Positions 1 to 9,269 of a stretch of DNA of 56,057 nt are shown here, one piece after another. The notes below the pieces were generated by a model. It saw only the letters and a program-made list of their open reading frames with translations, was not told the DNA's origin and did no database searches. Source of the DNA: Candidatus Caldarchaeales archaeon (lineage in GTDB: Archaea; Thermoproteota; Nitrososphaeria_A; Caldarchaeales; Wolframiiraptoraceae); NCBI GenBank assembly GCA_039630055.1, contig JBCNVN010000003.1, forward strand, positions 1 to 56,057, in the 5' to 3' direction. The position numbers and the translations under genes were made by a program. Within the stretch, counting starts at the first letter, position 1. Each line of letters starts with the position of its first letter.

Positions 1-1
1 C

Positions 2-583
2 CCAGACTTTGCCGATCCAAGCAAACCTGTCGGACCATTCTATGATGAAAAAGAAATGATAGAGATCAGAAAAATCCATCCTGAGTATGTATTTAGAGAA
101 GATAAAGCTAGAGGGGGTTGGAGGAGAGTTGTACCATCTCCTGATCCAAAATACATAGTAGAGATGCCTGTGATAAAATCGTTGGTAGATGCAGGGTTCA
201 TTGTAATTGCAAGTGGTGGTGGAGGTATTCCAGTAATAGAAGAGGATGGTAGAATAAAAGGTGTCGAGGCTGTAATAGATAAAGACTTGGCAGGAGAGAG
301 GCTTGCAACATCTCTAGGTGCAAGTAAGTTCATAATACTAACAGATGTAGATGGAATATATATCGACTACGATAAACCAAGCCGGAGAAAGATAGATGTA
401 ATTAGGGTTGAAGAATTAAAGAAGCTCTATGATGAAGGACATTTTCCGCCTGGTAGCATGGGGCCAAAAGTAAAGGCAGCGATAAGATTTATTGAAAATG
501 GAGGAGACGAATCTATAATATCAGAGTTGAAAGAGCTAATAGATGCGGTAGATGGTAAAGCGGGAACACATATAATCCGTTAA
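2..583 (+). CDS. arcC: Carbamate kinase, 5'-truncated by the window edge
   Basis: Frame is open from position 2 (PDFADPSKPVGPFY...); motifs GWRRVVPSP, GGGGIPV, GVEAVIDKDLA and GSMGPKV are typical of carbamate kinase. Confidence 0.95.
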   Translation, partial: PDFADPSKPVGPFYDEKEMIEIRKIHPEYVFREDKARGGWRRVVPSPDPKYIVEMPVIKSLVDAGFIVIASGGGGIPVIEEDGRIKGVEAVIDKDLAGERLATSLGASKFIILTDVDGIYIDYDKPSRRKIDVIRVEELKKLYDEGHFPPGSMGPKVKAAIRFIENGGDESIISELKELIDAVDGKAGTHIIR

Positions 584-649
584 TCGATAATCTTCATTAA
601 ATCCTAACCGAATATATTTATTTTTCATGTTTCTATCTGGATAATCAAC

Positions 650-1294
650 ATGGTTGTCAAAGGATTAATATTCGACCTAGACGGTACATTACTAGTACAT
701 AAACTGAGATTGAGAGAAGCAAAAGAGAAATTTCTAGAAAGACTTAAACAATTAAATCTACCATCTTTACAAGCCTCGATCGATACTCCAATCGCATACA
801 TATTAAATAAGCTAGATGATGAGAGAAGAGATATAGTATTTAATATCTTGGATGAGGTTTATGAGCCATTCGAGATGGAGTCTGCAGAAGAGGCTGAGTT
901 GAGAGAGTATGTAAGAGAGGTTCTCGAGTTCTTAAAGAATTCTGGTATTAGATTGGGTATAGCCACGAATAATGGAAGGAAAAGCGTTGAGTTAATCTTG
1001 AAGAAGAAGTCTTTAATGGAATTCTTCGATACGGTAGTTACGAGAAATGATATTCGAGATCTTAAGCCGAACAGTATGATGATAATGGAGACGGTGAAGA
1101 GGTTGGATGTAAGGTTGAGTGAAGCAGTCCATGTAGGAGATACAACTTATGATGTATTAGCTGCACATCAGATAGGTGTAAAATGTATAGCTATTACTGG
1201 AGGTGCTCATGGTAGGGAGGAACTTTTATCTTCTAATCCTGAATTTATAGTAGACAGTATTAAGGAAATACCATTAATAATTATGAAGATGTAA
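650..1294 (+). CDS. HAD-superfamily phosphatase (phosphoglycolate phosphatase-like)
   Basis: Motif I FDLDGTL, motif II ATNN, KP, and motif IV VGDTTYD. Confidence 0.9.
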   Translation: MVVKGLIFDLDGTLLVHKLRLREAKEKFLERLKQLNLPSLQASIDTPIAYILNKLDDERRDIVFNILDEVYEPFEMESAEEAELREYVREVLEFLKNSGIRLGIATNNGRKSVELILKKKSLMEFFDTVVTRNDIRDLKPNSMMIMETVKRLDVRLSEAVHVGDTTYDVLAAHQIGVKCIAITGGAHGREELLSSNPEFIVDSIKEIPLIIMKM

Positions 1295-1367
1295 GAGTAC
1301 AAGATCCTAATAGGTTCTGTTAAACTTAATATCTTTCCCTGAGTGATATACAAGGTAAGAGAGAGTA

Positions 1368-2201
1368 ATGTGGAGAAAGTACGCTGCTCTGATCCTCGTA
1401 GCCTTCCTTCTCTCATCATCATTCTTGATATTCACTATGAGTACATCATCTATTCCTGACTTCATAACCCAGCTATTTCAAAATATTGAGAAAGCAGTAT
1501 TTGTAGAGAGAGAACCAGAGTATGTTAAGCTAACAATCCAGTTACAGGAGATGGATCTCAACCACTCCTTAGAATATTTTGGTAATGAATCGGGGACTCT
1601 ACACCCTTTAAGATATACTTATGTGAGGATAGGTGGAGAGGTAAGGTCGACCGACCGCTATGGTAAGGCATCATTCATCATTCCAAAAGGTAATTACTCA
1701 CTTATGATCATAAAGAGTATTGAAGGAAGACGGAGATGGAGCAGTTTAGAGCAGCCCATATCTTTAGAGGTTGGTGGAGGGGTCTGGACTACTTATATAA
1801 ACGTTAAATCAGATGGTGAAGTAAAGATAACATTCTATCTTTTCAGACTTGAGGCCTCTAACATGGAAGTATATCCTGACATCGTCCAAGGTGTAAGTAG
1901 AGTGAAGATGGTTTTTAAACTACCCTATATGGGAGAGTACTATATCGGTAAGCCTACGATAACATATTACACTCCCTGGGGTCAATTAAGAATACATTAT
2001 GAGGATATGGAGATTATTGGGAGGATTTACCTAAAAGATATATGGAGTTTAGTCAGCGTAGATTATCTAGAGAAGAGAGATGGTGGAGTAAATATCGAGT
2101 TGATAGAAGAAGTTAGAAGTTTTCCAACATATGTTCTACCTCGCTATACTTTTCTACCTGTAGAGAGGATTGAGGTAGAGGAAAAGTGGTACAGCCAATA
2201 G
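1368..2201 (+). CDS. Hypothetical protein with N-terminal signal/anchor helix; first gene of the MoxR cluster
   Basis: 277-aa ORF with a hydrophobic N-terminus and a beta-rich remainder; overlaps the next gene. Confidence 0.75.
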   Translation: MWRKYAALILVAFLLSSSFLIFTMSTSSIPDFITQLFQNIEKAVFVEREPEYVKLTIQLQEMDLNHSLEYFGNESGTLHPLRYTYVRIGGEVRSTDRYGKASFIIPKGNYSLMIIKSIEGRRRWSSLEQPISLEVGGGVWTTYINVKSDGEVKITFYLFRLEASNMEVYPDIVQGVSRVKMVFKLPYMGEYYIGKPTITYYTPWGQLRIHYEDMEIIGRIYLKDIWSLVSVDYLEKRDGGVNIELIEEVRSFPTYVLPRYTFLPVERIEVEEKWYSQ

Positions 2202-2656
2202 GTCCTGAGACTGCTCTCTGGATAACGATAGACGTTATCTTAGGTTCTCTAGCGATCTATCTTTTTGTTAGATATATCAAATTAAAGAGGAATGCTAGGT
2301 CTAATAATTATAATCCGACGCCTAAACTTTCTTACACAGTCCTAGATTTTAGATCCTATCTTGAGAGATATGGAAGAAAAGAGGCAGTTATATCTGCTTT
2401 CAATGAAATTGTATCCGGCATGGTTAGGGTCAGTGGGATAAATATTCCAAAGAGCTTTACGATGAAAGAGATCGTAAATAAACTTAACGATAAAATATCG
2501 AGAAAAGACGAAATGATACTATATGAGATGTACGACCTTTATGAGCGTGTAAGATTCGGAGACCATGAACCAAGCGATGAAGAAATCGATAGTTTCACGA
2601 AGAGAATCGAATCTATTTCTAAATTTTCAATCAGTCCACAAGGTGAATATATATGA
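2186..2656 (+). CDS. DUF4129-like membrane-anchored protein
   Basis: N-terminal TM helix; C-terminal 'TMKE...LYERVRFGDHEP' resembles the DUF4129 TxxE...YExxxYG pattern; MoxR-cluster context. Confidence 0.7.
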   Translation: MVQPIGPETALWITIDVILGSLAIYLFVRYIKLKRNARSNNYNPTPKLSYTVLDFRSYLERYGRKEAVISAFNEIVSGMVRVSGINIPKSFTMKEIVNKLNDKISRKDEMILYEMYDLYERVRFGDHEPSDEEIDSFTKRIESISKFSISPQGEYI

Positions 2657-2832
2657 GTATCTCTTCAACCACACTAATAATCGCTATAATAACTATTATT
2701 ATTTCATTTCTTTTACCTAAAATTCCAAAGTTCTCAGAAGGTTATAAAAGAAAATATGTTAGAGAGATGAGGAATGAAAGAAGAAGGTATAGGGATCTCC
2801 TACAGAATGAGTTACAGAAGGGTAAACGGTGA
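2653..2832 (+). CDS. Small (59 aa) single-TM protein missing from the ORF track
   Basis: ATG 2653 to TGA 2832 gives MSISSTTLIIAIITIIISFLLPKIPKFSEGYKRKYVREMRNERRRYRDLLQNELQKGKR. GGTGA SD upstream; ATGA overlap with the previous stop and GTGA overlap with the moxR start. Confidence 0.75.
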   Translation: MSISSTTLIIAIITIIISFLLPKIPKFSEGYKRKYVREMRNERRRYRDLLQNELQKGKR

Positions 2833-3794
2833 TACCGGTGGATAATCAATATTCTACTATTCAAGATATTGCTGAGAAACTGACATCAAATATACATGAG
2901 ATAATAGTTGGGATGGATGAAGCTATAAGAAGTTTACTTATAGGGCTACTATGTGAAGGCCACATTCTATTGGAAGGCCCTCCTGGAACGGCCAAAACAT
3001 ATCTCGTTAAAGTTTTCTCAAGCTCCCTCGGATTAGAGTTTAAGAGAATACAGTTTACCGTAGACCTTATGCCTAGCGATATTATCGGCTCCCTAATATA
3101 TAATAGAGTAACTGGGAGCCTAGAGTTTAGACGTGGCCCCATATTCGCTAACGTCGTACTAGCTGATGAGATAAATCGTGCTTCTCCCCGTTCACAATCA
3201 GCCCTCTTAGAATGTATGCAAGAGAGGCAGGTTACTGTTGAAGGTGTATCTTATCCGCTTCCTAGACCTTTCATGGTGATCGCCACTCAGAACCCTATAG
3301 AACTTGAGGGAACATATCCTCTACCCGAGGCCGAGCTGGATAGATTCTTGATGAGAACCTTCATAAACTATCTAGATACTTCATCAGAGTTAGAGATTCT
3401 AATAAAGAAACAAGTACATGGTGAAGAGATCAATGTTGAAAGAGTTGCAGAACGAGATGTTATTCTCAAGGCGATAGAGTTGACTAAGAGAGTACATGTT
3501 GATAGATCTATTCTAGAATATATTGTCAAACTAGGTAATGAGACCAGAAAACGTGATGACATCTTGCTGGGGATAAGCCCTAGAGGTGAAGTATATCTAC
3601 TATACGCTTCAAAAGCTGCAGCCGCACTAGATGGCAAACCCTACGTTACTCCAGACCATGTTAAATCGGTTTTAAATCTAGTTTTCAACCATAGAATTAT
3701 CTTGAAGAGTAGAAGTGTAAATCCCATGGCATCACGTCAAGAAGTTCTCAAGATTCTTGAAGAGATTGTTGAGGAGGTGGAGCCTCCCAAGTGA
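2829..3794 (+). CDS. moxR: MoxR-family AAA+ ATPase
   Basis: GHILLEGPPGTAKT, RIQFTVDLMPSD, LADEINRASPRSQSALLECMQE, ATQNPIE and GTYPLPEA. Confidence 0.95.
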   Translation: MIPVDNQYSTIQDIAEKLTSNIHEIIVGMDEAIRSLLIGLLCEGHILLEGPPGTAKTYLVKVFSSSLGLEFKRIQFTVDLMPSDIIGSLIYNRVTGSLEFRRGPIFANVVLADEINRASPRSQSALLECMQERQVTVEGVSYPLPRPFMVIATQNPIELEGTYPLPEAELDRFLMRTFINYLDTSSELEILIKKQVHGEEINVERVAERDVILKAIELTKRVHVDRSILEYIVKLGNETRKRDDILLGISPRGEVYLLYASKAAAALDGKPYVTPDHVKSVLNLVFNHRIILKSRSVNPMASRQEVLKILEEIVEEVEPPK

Positions 3795-4996
3795 AGTTAA
3801 CAGAAAAAGCTGTAAGAATATACCAGTACTCTGCAATCTTTTTTTCCATAATATCTTTGATGCTGGTTAACCATCCAATAGCGTTCCTAACACCAATTTT
3901 TATAGTTCTCACTCTAACTATATACGTAAACGCAAGCCTTAGAAAACTTAGAAAAATAGATGAACGGCTTTTCAAATCGTTTCTAAGCATCTCTCCAAAC
4001 ATTTTATCTCTAGGTGACAAAGCAAGGGTTAGATTGAATCTTGAATATATGATGCTAGACAGATTGAAGGCTGAGGTTCAAGTAATTCTCGATAAGGATA
4101 TAAAAGTGGAAGAGGGCAAAACTAGCTGGATAGGGATACTCGATTATAAGAAGAGTATCTTGCTAGAGTTCACAGTTAAAGCTGAGAGGACTGGATTGCT
4201 TAATATCGGACCAGTAATCATTATAGTTAAAGACGATTTCGAGTTCGTGGCAAAAGTTATTGAATTGAAGGTTACTGGAATATTATTCTCATTTCTAGAA
4301 GCTACGAGGGCTAGGGAGGTAACAACAGCCTCTAAGGTAAAAGTCTCTAACCAACCTGGGTATACGCTCAATCTTTTCTTGGGCATCGATGAAGAGTATC
4401 GAGAAAGCATAGAGAGTGATCAACCATCACTAAAGAAGATCGATTGGAGGAGAATTGCTAGAACTGGAGGTCAAGAAGTATATGTTAAAGAGTATGTTAA
4501 GAGGAGGGCCTCAGATATAGTTATAGGTCTCGGAAGCGGGTTAGATGTAGAAACACCCTCCATTGGAGAGATTAGAGCTTGGGTTATTCAAATAGTACTC
4601 TCATATGCTATGTATTATTTAAGAGAGGGTTCAAGAGTATGGCTTCTACAATATAATGACGGTAAGCCGACCTATAGTGAGTTAAATCTAATCTATGGAG
4701 AGTTGGTTACGAGAGATGAAATAGAACCCGCGGGAGGACTCGTAATCTATATCTCTAGATTAATAGATCCAGAGGAATTAGGGTTCTTAAAGAATGGTAT
4801 AGACCTCCAGAAATTTAGGTTAATAGTACTGGTATTAGATATAACAGAAGAAGTCTCAGAATATGTTAAAGATTATGTAGTGGCCTATGAGGATGAAAGG
4901 TTAAGAAAGTTAAAGACAGAGTTATGTGAAGTCGGTACAATAATAAAGCTTAGAGATCTCGTAGATGGTTTTAGGAGGGTTCTAGCTCATAGGTGA
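3791..4996 (+). CDS. DUF58-family protein (divergent), N-terminal TM segments
   Basis: Follows moxR with a GTGA overlap; 'EEYRE...KKIDWRRIAR...VYVKEY' matches a degenerate DUF58 motif. Confidence 0.75.
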   Translation: MKLTEKAVRIYQYSAIFFSIISLMLVNHPIAFLTPIFIVLTLTIYVNASLRKLRKIDERLFKSFLSISPNILSLGDKARVRLNLEYMMLDRLKAEVQVILDKDIKVEEGKTSWIGILDYKKSILLEFTVKAERTGLLNIGPVIIIVKDDFEFVAKVIELKVTGILFSFLEATRAREVTTASKVKVSNQPGYTLNLFLGIDEEYRESIESDQPSLKKIDWRRIARTGGQEVYVKEYVKRRASDIVIGLGSGLDVETPSIGEIRAWVIQIVLSYAMYYLREGSRVWLLQYNDGKPTYSELNLIYGELVTRDEIEPAGGLVIYISRLIDPEELGFLKNGIDLQKFRLIVLVLDITEEVSEYVKDYVVAYEDERLRKLKTELCEVGTIIKLRDLVDGFRRVLAHR

Positions 4997-5718
4997 GCTT
5001 CCATTTGAAGATCTCGGAACTAATACTGAATCTAACATTGTTTTCTCCATACTTGTACACATTACTCTACATACTCTCCAGGTTTACACATATTGATTAC
5101 TTTACATTGATCGGGCTCCTTTCTCTAACAGCCCTAGCCATCTCAAAATATTCTTCAATAATTCTATTTTCTCTCATGTTAGTGCCCTCTATAACATGTT
5201 TTGGATTGTTTATAGTAGGATATCCCCTTCCACTCATAGGATTAGCGGCAGGATACATGCTGTCCTTTCCCCTCTTCATTATACTAGGAACCTATTATGA
5301 GGCTAAGAGTGAAAACATTGTATTAAGTTATCTCACAGCTCTAGTACTCAATCTTTTTCTCATCTTTTCATCGGTGAGGGATAGTCTGACTCCTTCAACA
5401 CTGATTATAACCATTATGTTAAGTATACCTACAAGAATACTTAAAGGAGGTACTTACCATCTACCCGAATCCGTAAATAGTATCCTTACATTTTTAACAG
5501 CAATATCATGTTTAGCGTTATTCTTGATTATTGTTAGGAGGGTAGAATCCAATTTTCCAAGAAATTTAAAAGAACTGAACCCTCTGATACTCTCTACATT
5601 AATAACTTTCGTCTTGTCTCTTCTTACACGCTACTGGATCTACAGCAACCTATTAGTAGCCCTATCAATATCGATTATAATTGCATATCTAATAATATCT
5701 TTGAAGATAGTGAAATGA
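4993..5718 (+). CDS. Polytopic membrane protein of unknown function
   Basis: 241 aa, almost entirely hydrophobic helices; 4-nt overlap with the upstream gene. Confidence 0.75.
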   Translation: MSFHLKISELILNLTLFSPYLYTLLYILSRFTHIDYFTLIGLLSLTALAISKYSSIILFSLMLVPSITCFGLFIVGYPLPLIGLAAGYMLSFPLFIILGTYYEAKSENIVLSYLTALVLNLFLIFSSVRDSLTPSTLIITIMLSIPTRILKGGTYHLPESVNSILTFLTAISCLALFLIIVRRVESNFPRNLKELNPLILSTLITFVLSLLTRYWIYSNLLVALSISIIIAYLIISLKIVK

Positions 5719-5719
5719 G

Positions 5720-7312
5720 ATGGTAGATAATCTAAAGAAATGTTTTCTTATGATTCTAATGATATCCTCGATTATGTCAATATCTATTCACTTAGTAGAG
5801 TCTCAGGTTGAAGACCAATCTGTAATGGTTGGTTTCACTAATTCCTATCTATTTCCACTACTTGACGGCGGTATGCTATATTTTGAGAAAGGTGAAAATC
5901 TTTGGGTCATGGCTATAGAAGATGATGCAAAAGTAAGCTTGATATCTCCCACAAAAGATACAGAGACATTTAGCTTAGAACCCTTACAACCAACTCTAAT
6001 CAAGAAATTTAGTAAAGATGATCAAGTAGGAGAATGGATTTTACAGAGTGGAAAAAATAACTTGACCGTAATACTTTCCGAAGAGGTCGAATCACCTGAG
6101 ATTGTTAGACTTAATTACAGAATTAAAAACGAAGAACTAATAGTAGAGCTTGCCAACAGAACGCAGAGCTCTTTCATAATAGATGTTGAAGATGGAGATA
6201 TTCTTATACCAGCCGGGGTTGAAGTCGAGATAGAGATCGAAGACCTTAACCTAACTGAAGGCAAATATTACGGAGAAGTTGTCATGGACCTAGTTTATCC
6301 AGAAGAATTCACATACTCGGGAAAGTTGGACGGTCGTCCCTATCTTATCAGTATGGAGTCTACCGCTGGTAGGATAATCGGAAAGATTGATAAAGAGTTC
6401 ATGAGGCTGTCTATTCCAGGTCTCCATACAGTTGGGGCGGGAGGAATCATTCCAGTTAGGAAAGGAGAAGCATTACTAAAAGTTAGATATACTTCTATTG
6501 ACAGGGTAGATGGTATAGAGGAGGATGAGGTTACAACTCCAAACTTAGGAGACTTAAAGATTCACGTTGTTGATGATAGCTTTATCGAATGGGCGGGAAA
6601 GAAAGCTTCAAAATCGATTACATTAAATGTTAGAGAGGCATTAAACAAAACTTTAAGAGTAATCTCATCTTTTGAGGATAAATTAGAGCTTTCCTACTCA
6701 ATGATCCCACTTTCATCCATGATCTTCTATGAGCCTAGGCTCAATAAGATTGTTGGAAACATCTCAGTAATCGCCAATGGATATCAAGTTGAAGTTGTAG
6801 ATAATATAGTCTATGTCTTATTATCTGATAGTGAATCTACACTATCTATTCCTGTTACAAGAAGTAGTAGGGAGATCTTAGTACGTGCTTATGTAAACCA
6901 GTTTAGAGCATATGAAGGAAGAGTAAATATAGGTCTAGGAGAGCAGAAAATAATCCCAGTCAAACTATATCATCTACAGATACAAGCCTTCTTTCCAAAC
7001 AATACTCAAGTTCTATATGGAGAGCTTAAGATGAATGGTTCAAGATTAAATTACTATAATGGTACTGCTACTATGCTTATACCGCCTGGTACATACAAGA
7101 TCGAGTTTACAATTGATGAATGGTATGGAAATGCTGATCTGAAAGTCTCAGAAGATGCCTCTATAAAGATTACATTAGTGAGAGGCTTCACTATCTTAGA
7201 TTATCTAAGAATAGTGGCTATTATCGAAGTTGCCATAATTGTATTCTTTATCATCTTAATGATAAGATTTAGGAAAAGCACTCAGTATGGTGGCTTAAAG
7301 GAAATTCATTAA
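5720..7312 (+). CDS. Secreted/surface protein with signal peptide and C-terminal TM anchor
   Basis: 530 aa; N-terminal hydrophobic signal, beta-rich body, C-terminal TM followed by a basic tail. Confidence 0.75.
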   Translation: MVDNLKKCFLMILMISSIMSISIHLVESQVEDQSVMVGFTNSYLFPLLDGGMLYFEKGENLWVMAIEDDAKVSLISPTKDTETFSLEPLQPTLIKKFSKDDQVGEWILQSGKNNLTVILSEEVESPEIVRLNYRIKNEELIVELANRTQSSFIIDVEDGDILIPAGVEVEIEIEDLNLTEGKYYGEVVMDLVYPEEFTYSGKLDGRPYLISMESTAGRIIGKIDKEFMRLSIPGLHTVGAGGIIPVRKGEALLKVRYTSIDRVDGIEEDEVTTPNLGDLKIHVVDDSFIEWAGKKASKSITLNVREALNKTLRVISSFEDKLELSYSMIPLSSMIFYEPRLNKIVGNISVIANGYQVEVVDNIVYVLLSDSESTLSIPVTRSSREILVRAYVNQFRAYEGRVNIGLGEQKIIPVKLYHLQIQAFFPNNTQVLYGELKMNGSRLNYYNGTATMLIPPGTYKIEFTIDEWYGNADLKVSEDASIKITLVRGFTILDYLRIVAIIEVAIIVFFIILMIRFRKSTQYGGLKEIH

Positions 7313-7378
7313 ATTCTCTAGATGTATTATCTGACCTTAGATTTTTATTTAGCTTGACTGGTAAATAGATGATAGAAC

Positions 7379-8773
7379 ATGACTGAGCCGATAAAAATCG
7401 TCCCCGATACAAGTGTAATTATAAATGGAAAGCTTCTAGAATTACTTGAGAAAGAAAATTCGGTAAACTATGAGATAATCTTTCCAGCAGCTGTAATCGA
7501 TGAACTTCAAGCTCAAGCATCTAAAGGGAAGGATATAGGTTTTAAGGGATTGGAGCAGGTGAAGAAGATTAGAGAGCTGGCTGAGCAGAAAAAATATATT
7601 ATCCGGTTTTCAGGTGAGAGGCCGACTCTAGAAGATATAAAGCTTGCACGTAGTGGAAGGATAGATGCAATTATAAGAGATTTCGCTAAGGCTGAGCAGG
7701 CCATGCTTTATACCTCAGATTATGTACAAGCACTTGTAGCAGAAGCTGAGGGCGTCAAGGTTAGATATATCGAAGCATATGAGAAGAGACCTAGACTTTC
7801 ATTCGAGGAATATTTCACACCTGATACAGCAAGTATACATCTTAAAGCTAATCTATCTCCGATGGCTAAGAGAGGAAGACCAGGAGAATTCAGATTGGTT
7901 AAGATTAGAGAAGAGCCGATTACAGAGGATGAATTAAATAAAGTCGTCAATGAGGTTCTCGAAACCGCTAGAATAGGAGGAGAAGGCAGTATTGAATTAG
8001 TGAGAAGTCATGCAATGGTGGTTCAGCTTGGCCTCTACAGAATAGCTATAACTAAGCCCCCCTTCTCCGATAATCTTGAAGTTACAATTGTAAGACCCAC
8101 AGTAAAACTTCTTCTTGAAGACTATACACTATCCAATAGATTGATGGATAGGTTAAAGGATAAGGCTGAGGGAATACTAATTACCGGTCCCCATGGATCT
8201 GGGAAGACTACCTTTGCAAGTAGCTTGGCAGAATTCTACACTATGAATGGAAAGATAGTTAAAACATTCGAGTCTCCGAGAGACCTACAAGTCGGTCCCG
8301 AAATTACACGGTACGGTCCCCTTGAAGGAGATTTTGAAAAGACCGCAGAGTTATTGCTCCTAGTTAGACCCGACTATATAATATTTGATGAGATGAGAAA
8401 AAGCAAAGACTTCAATGTTTTCACCGATCTAAGACTGGCTGGAATAAATGTAATAGGAGTATTCCACTCAAGTAATCCGATCGATGCAGTCCAACGATTC
8501 CTCGGAAGAATAGATCTTGGAATGATACCCAACATAATAGATACAATAATATTCTTAAAAGATGGAGAGATTAAAAAGGTCTACGAAATAAGCTTAGTTG
8601 TAAAGATTCCTTCAGGGATGACCTCAGAAGATCATATAAGACCTGTAATAGAGGTAAGAGATTTCGAGACAGGCATAGTTGAGTACGAGATCTACGCATA
8701 TGGGCAGACAACGGTCATCGTCCCATTGGTAAAAAAACATAGTACAGGAGATTCAAGGAAACCCCAAACCTGA
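7379..8773 (+). CDS. PIN-domain + P-loop ATPase (PINA / MJ1533 family), apparently without the C-terminal KH domain
   Basis: N-terminal PIN 'VPDTSVII...AVIDELQAQA'; Walker A GPHGSGKTT; ESPRDLQV, LLVRPDYIIFDEMR, RPVIEVRDF. Confidence 0.9.
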   Translation: MTEPIKIVPDTSVIINGKLLELLEKENSVNYEIIFPAAVIDELQAQASKGKDIGFKGLEQVKKIRELAEQKKYIIRFSGERPTLEDIKLARSGRIDAIIRDFAKAEQAMLYTSDYVQALVAEAEGVKVRYIEAYEKRPRLSFEEYFTPDTASIHLKANLSPMAKRGRPGEFRLVKIREEPITEDELNKVVNEVLETARIGGEGSIELVRSHAMVVQLGLYRIAITKPPFSDNLEVTIVRPTVKLLLEDYTLSNRLMDRLKDKAEGILITGPHGSGKTTFASSLAEFYTMNGKIVKTFESPRDLQVGPEITRYGPLEGDFEKTAELLLLVRPDYIIFDEMRKSKDFNVFTDLRLAGINVIGVFHSSNPIDAVQRFLGRIDLGMIPNIIDTIIFLKDGEIKKVYEISLVVKIPSGMTSEDHIRPVIEVRDFETGIVEYEIYAYGQTTVIVPLVKKHSTGDSRKPQT

Positions 8774-8852
8774 ATCCTTATACTAAAATCCCAGTAAACA
8801 TTTCAGTATATTTTAAGTTTTTAAGATACTATAGTATCTATCCTGATAGAAG

Positions 8853-9269
8853 ATGGAGATGAGTAAGAAAACCTCTTTATCGCATCAGTTCAAAGAGAAG
8901 TTAAACTCTTTAAGATCTGAGACTGCTATATCTATATACTCCATACTATTAATATTAATTATTATTCTTTTAATGAGTGGTTTAACCTATTCTTTAACAA
9001 CAGAGAATCCTATACCGATAGCTTTTCTAGAAACTGGATCGGTAAGAGTATTTCTTTGGAGTATAAATGCACAGAGTCATGCCGAGACACTAGTAATAGC
9101 CCTGTACTACTTGATGGGAGCAGGTGGGATCTGGCTATACATAAATGCTACTACGAGACTGCATAATCCGAGAGTCACCAGATACATGCTATTCTTTAGC
9201 TTCCTACTAGTATTACTAGCTGGAATAGGGATCTATACAGCATTTATCTCTAAGTTTACTCCACCTTAA
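8853..9269 (+). CDS. OST3/OST6 (OSTC/DC2)-like 3-TM protein, putative oligosaccharyltransferase accessory subunit
   Basis: SGLTYSLTTENP...INAQSHAETLVIALYYLMGAGG...RYMLFFSFLLVLL...ISKF follows the pattern recalled for eukaryotic DC2/OSTC; similar size (138 aa). Confidence 0.65.
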   Translation: MEMSKKTSLSHQFKEKLNSLRSETAISIYSILLILIIILLMSGLTYSLTTENPIPIAFLETGSVRVFLWSINAQSHAETLVIALYYLMGAGGIWLYINATTRLHNPRVTRYMLFFSFLLVLLAGIGIYTAFISKFTPP

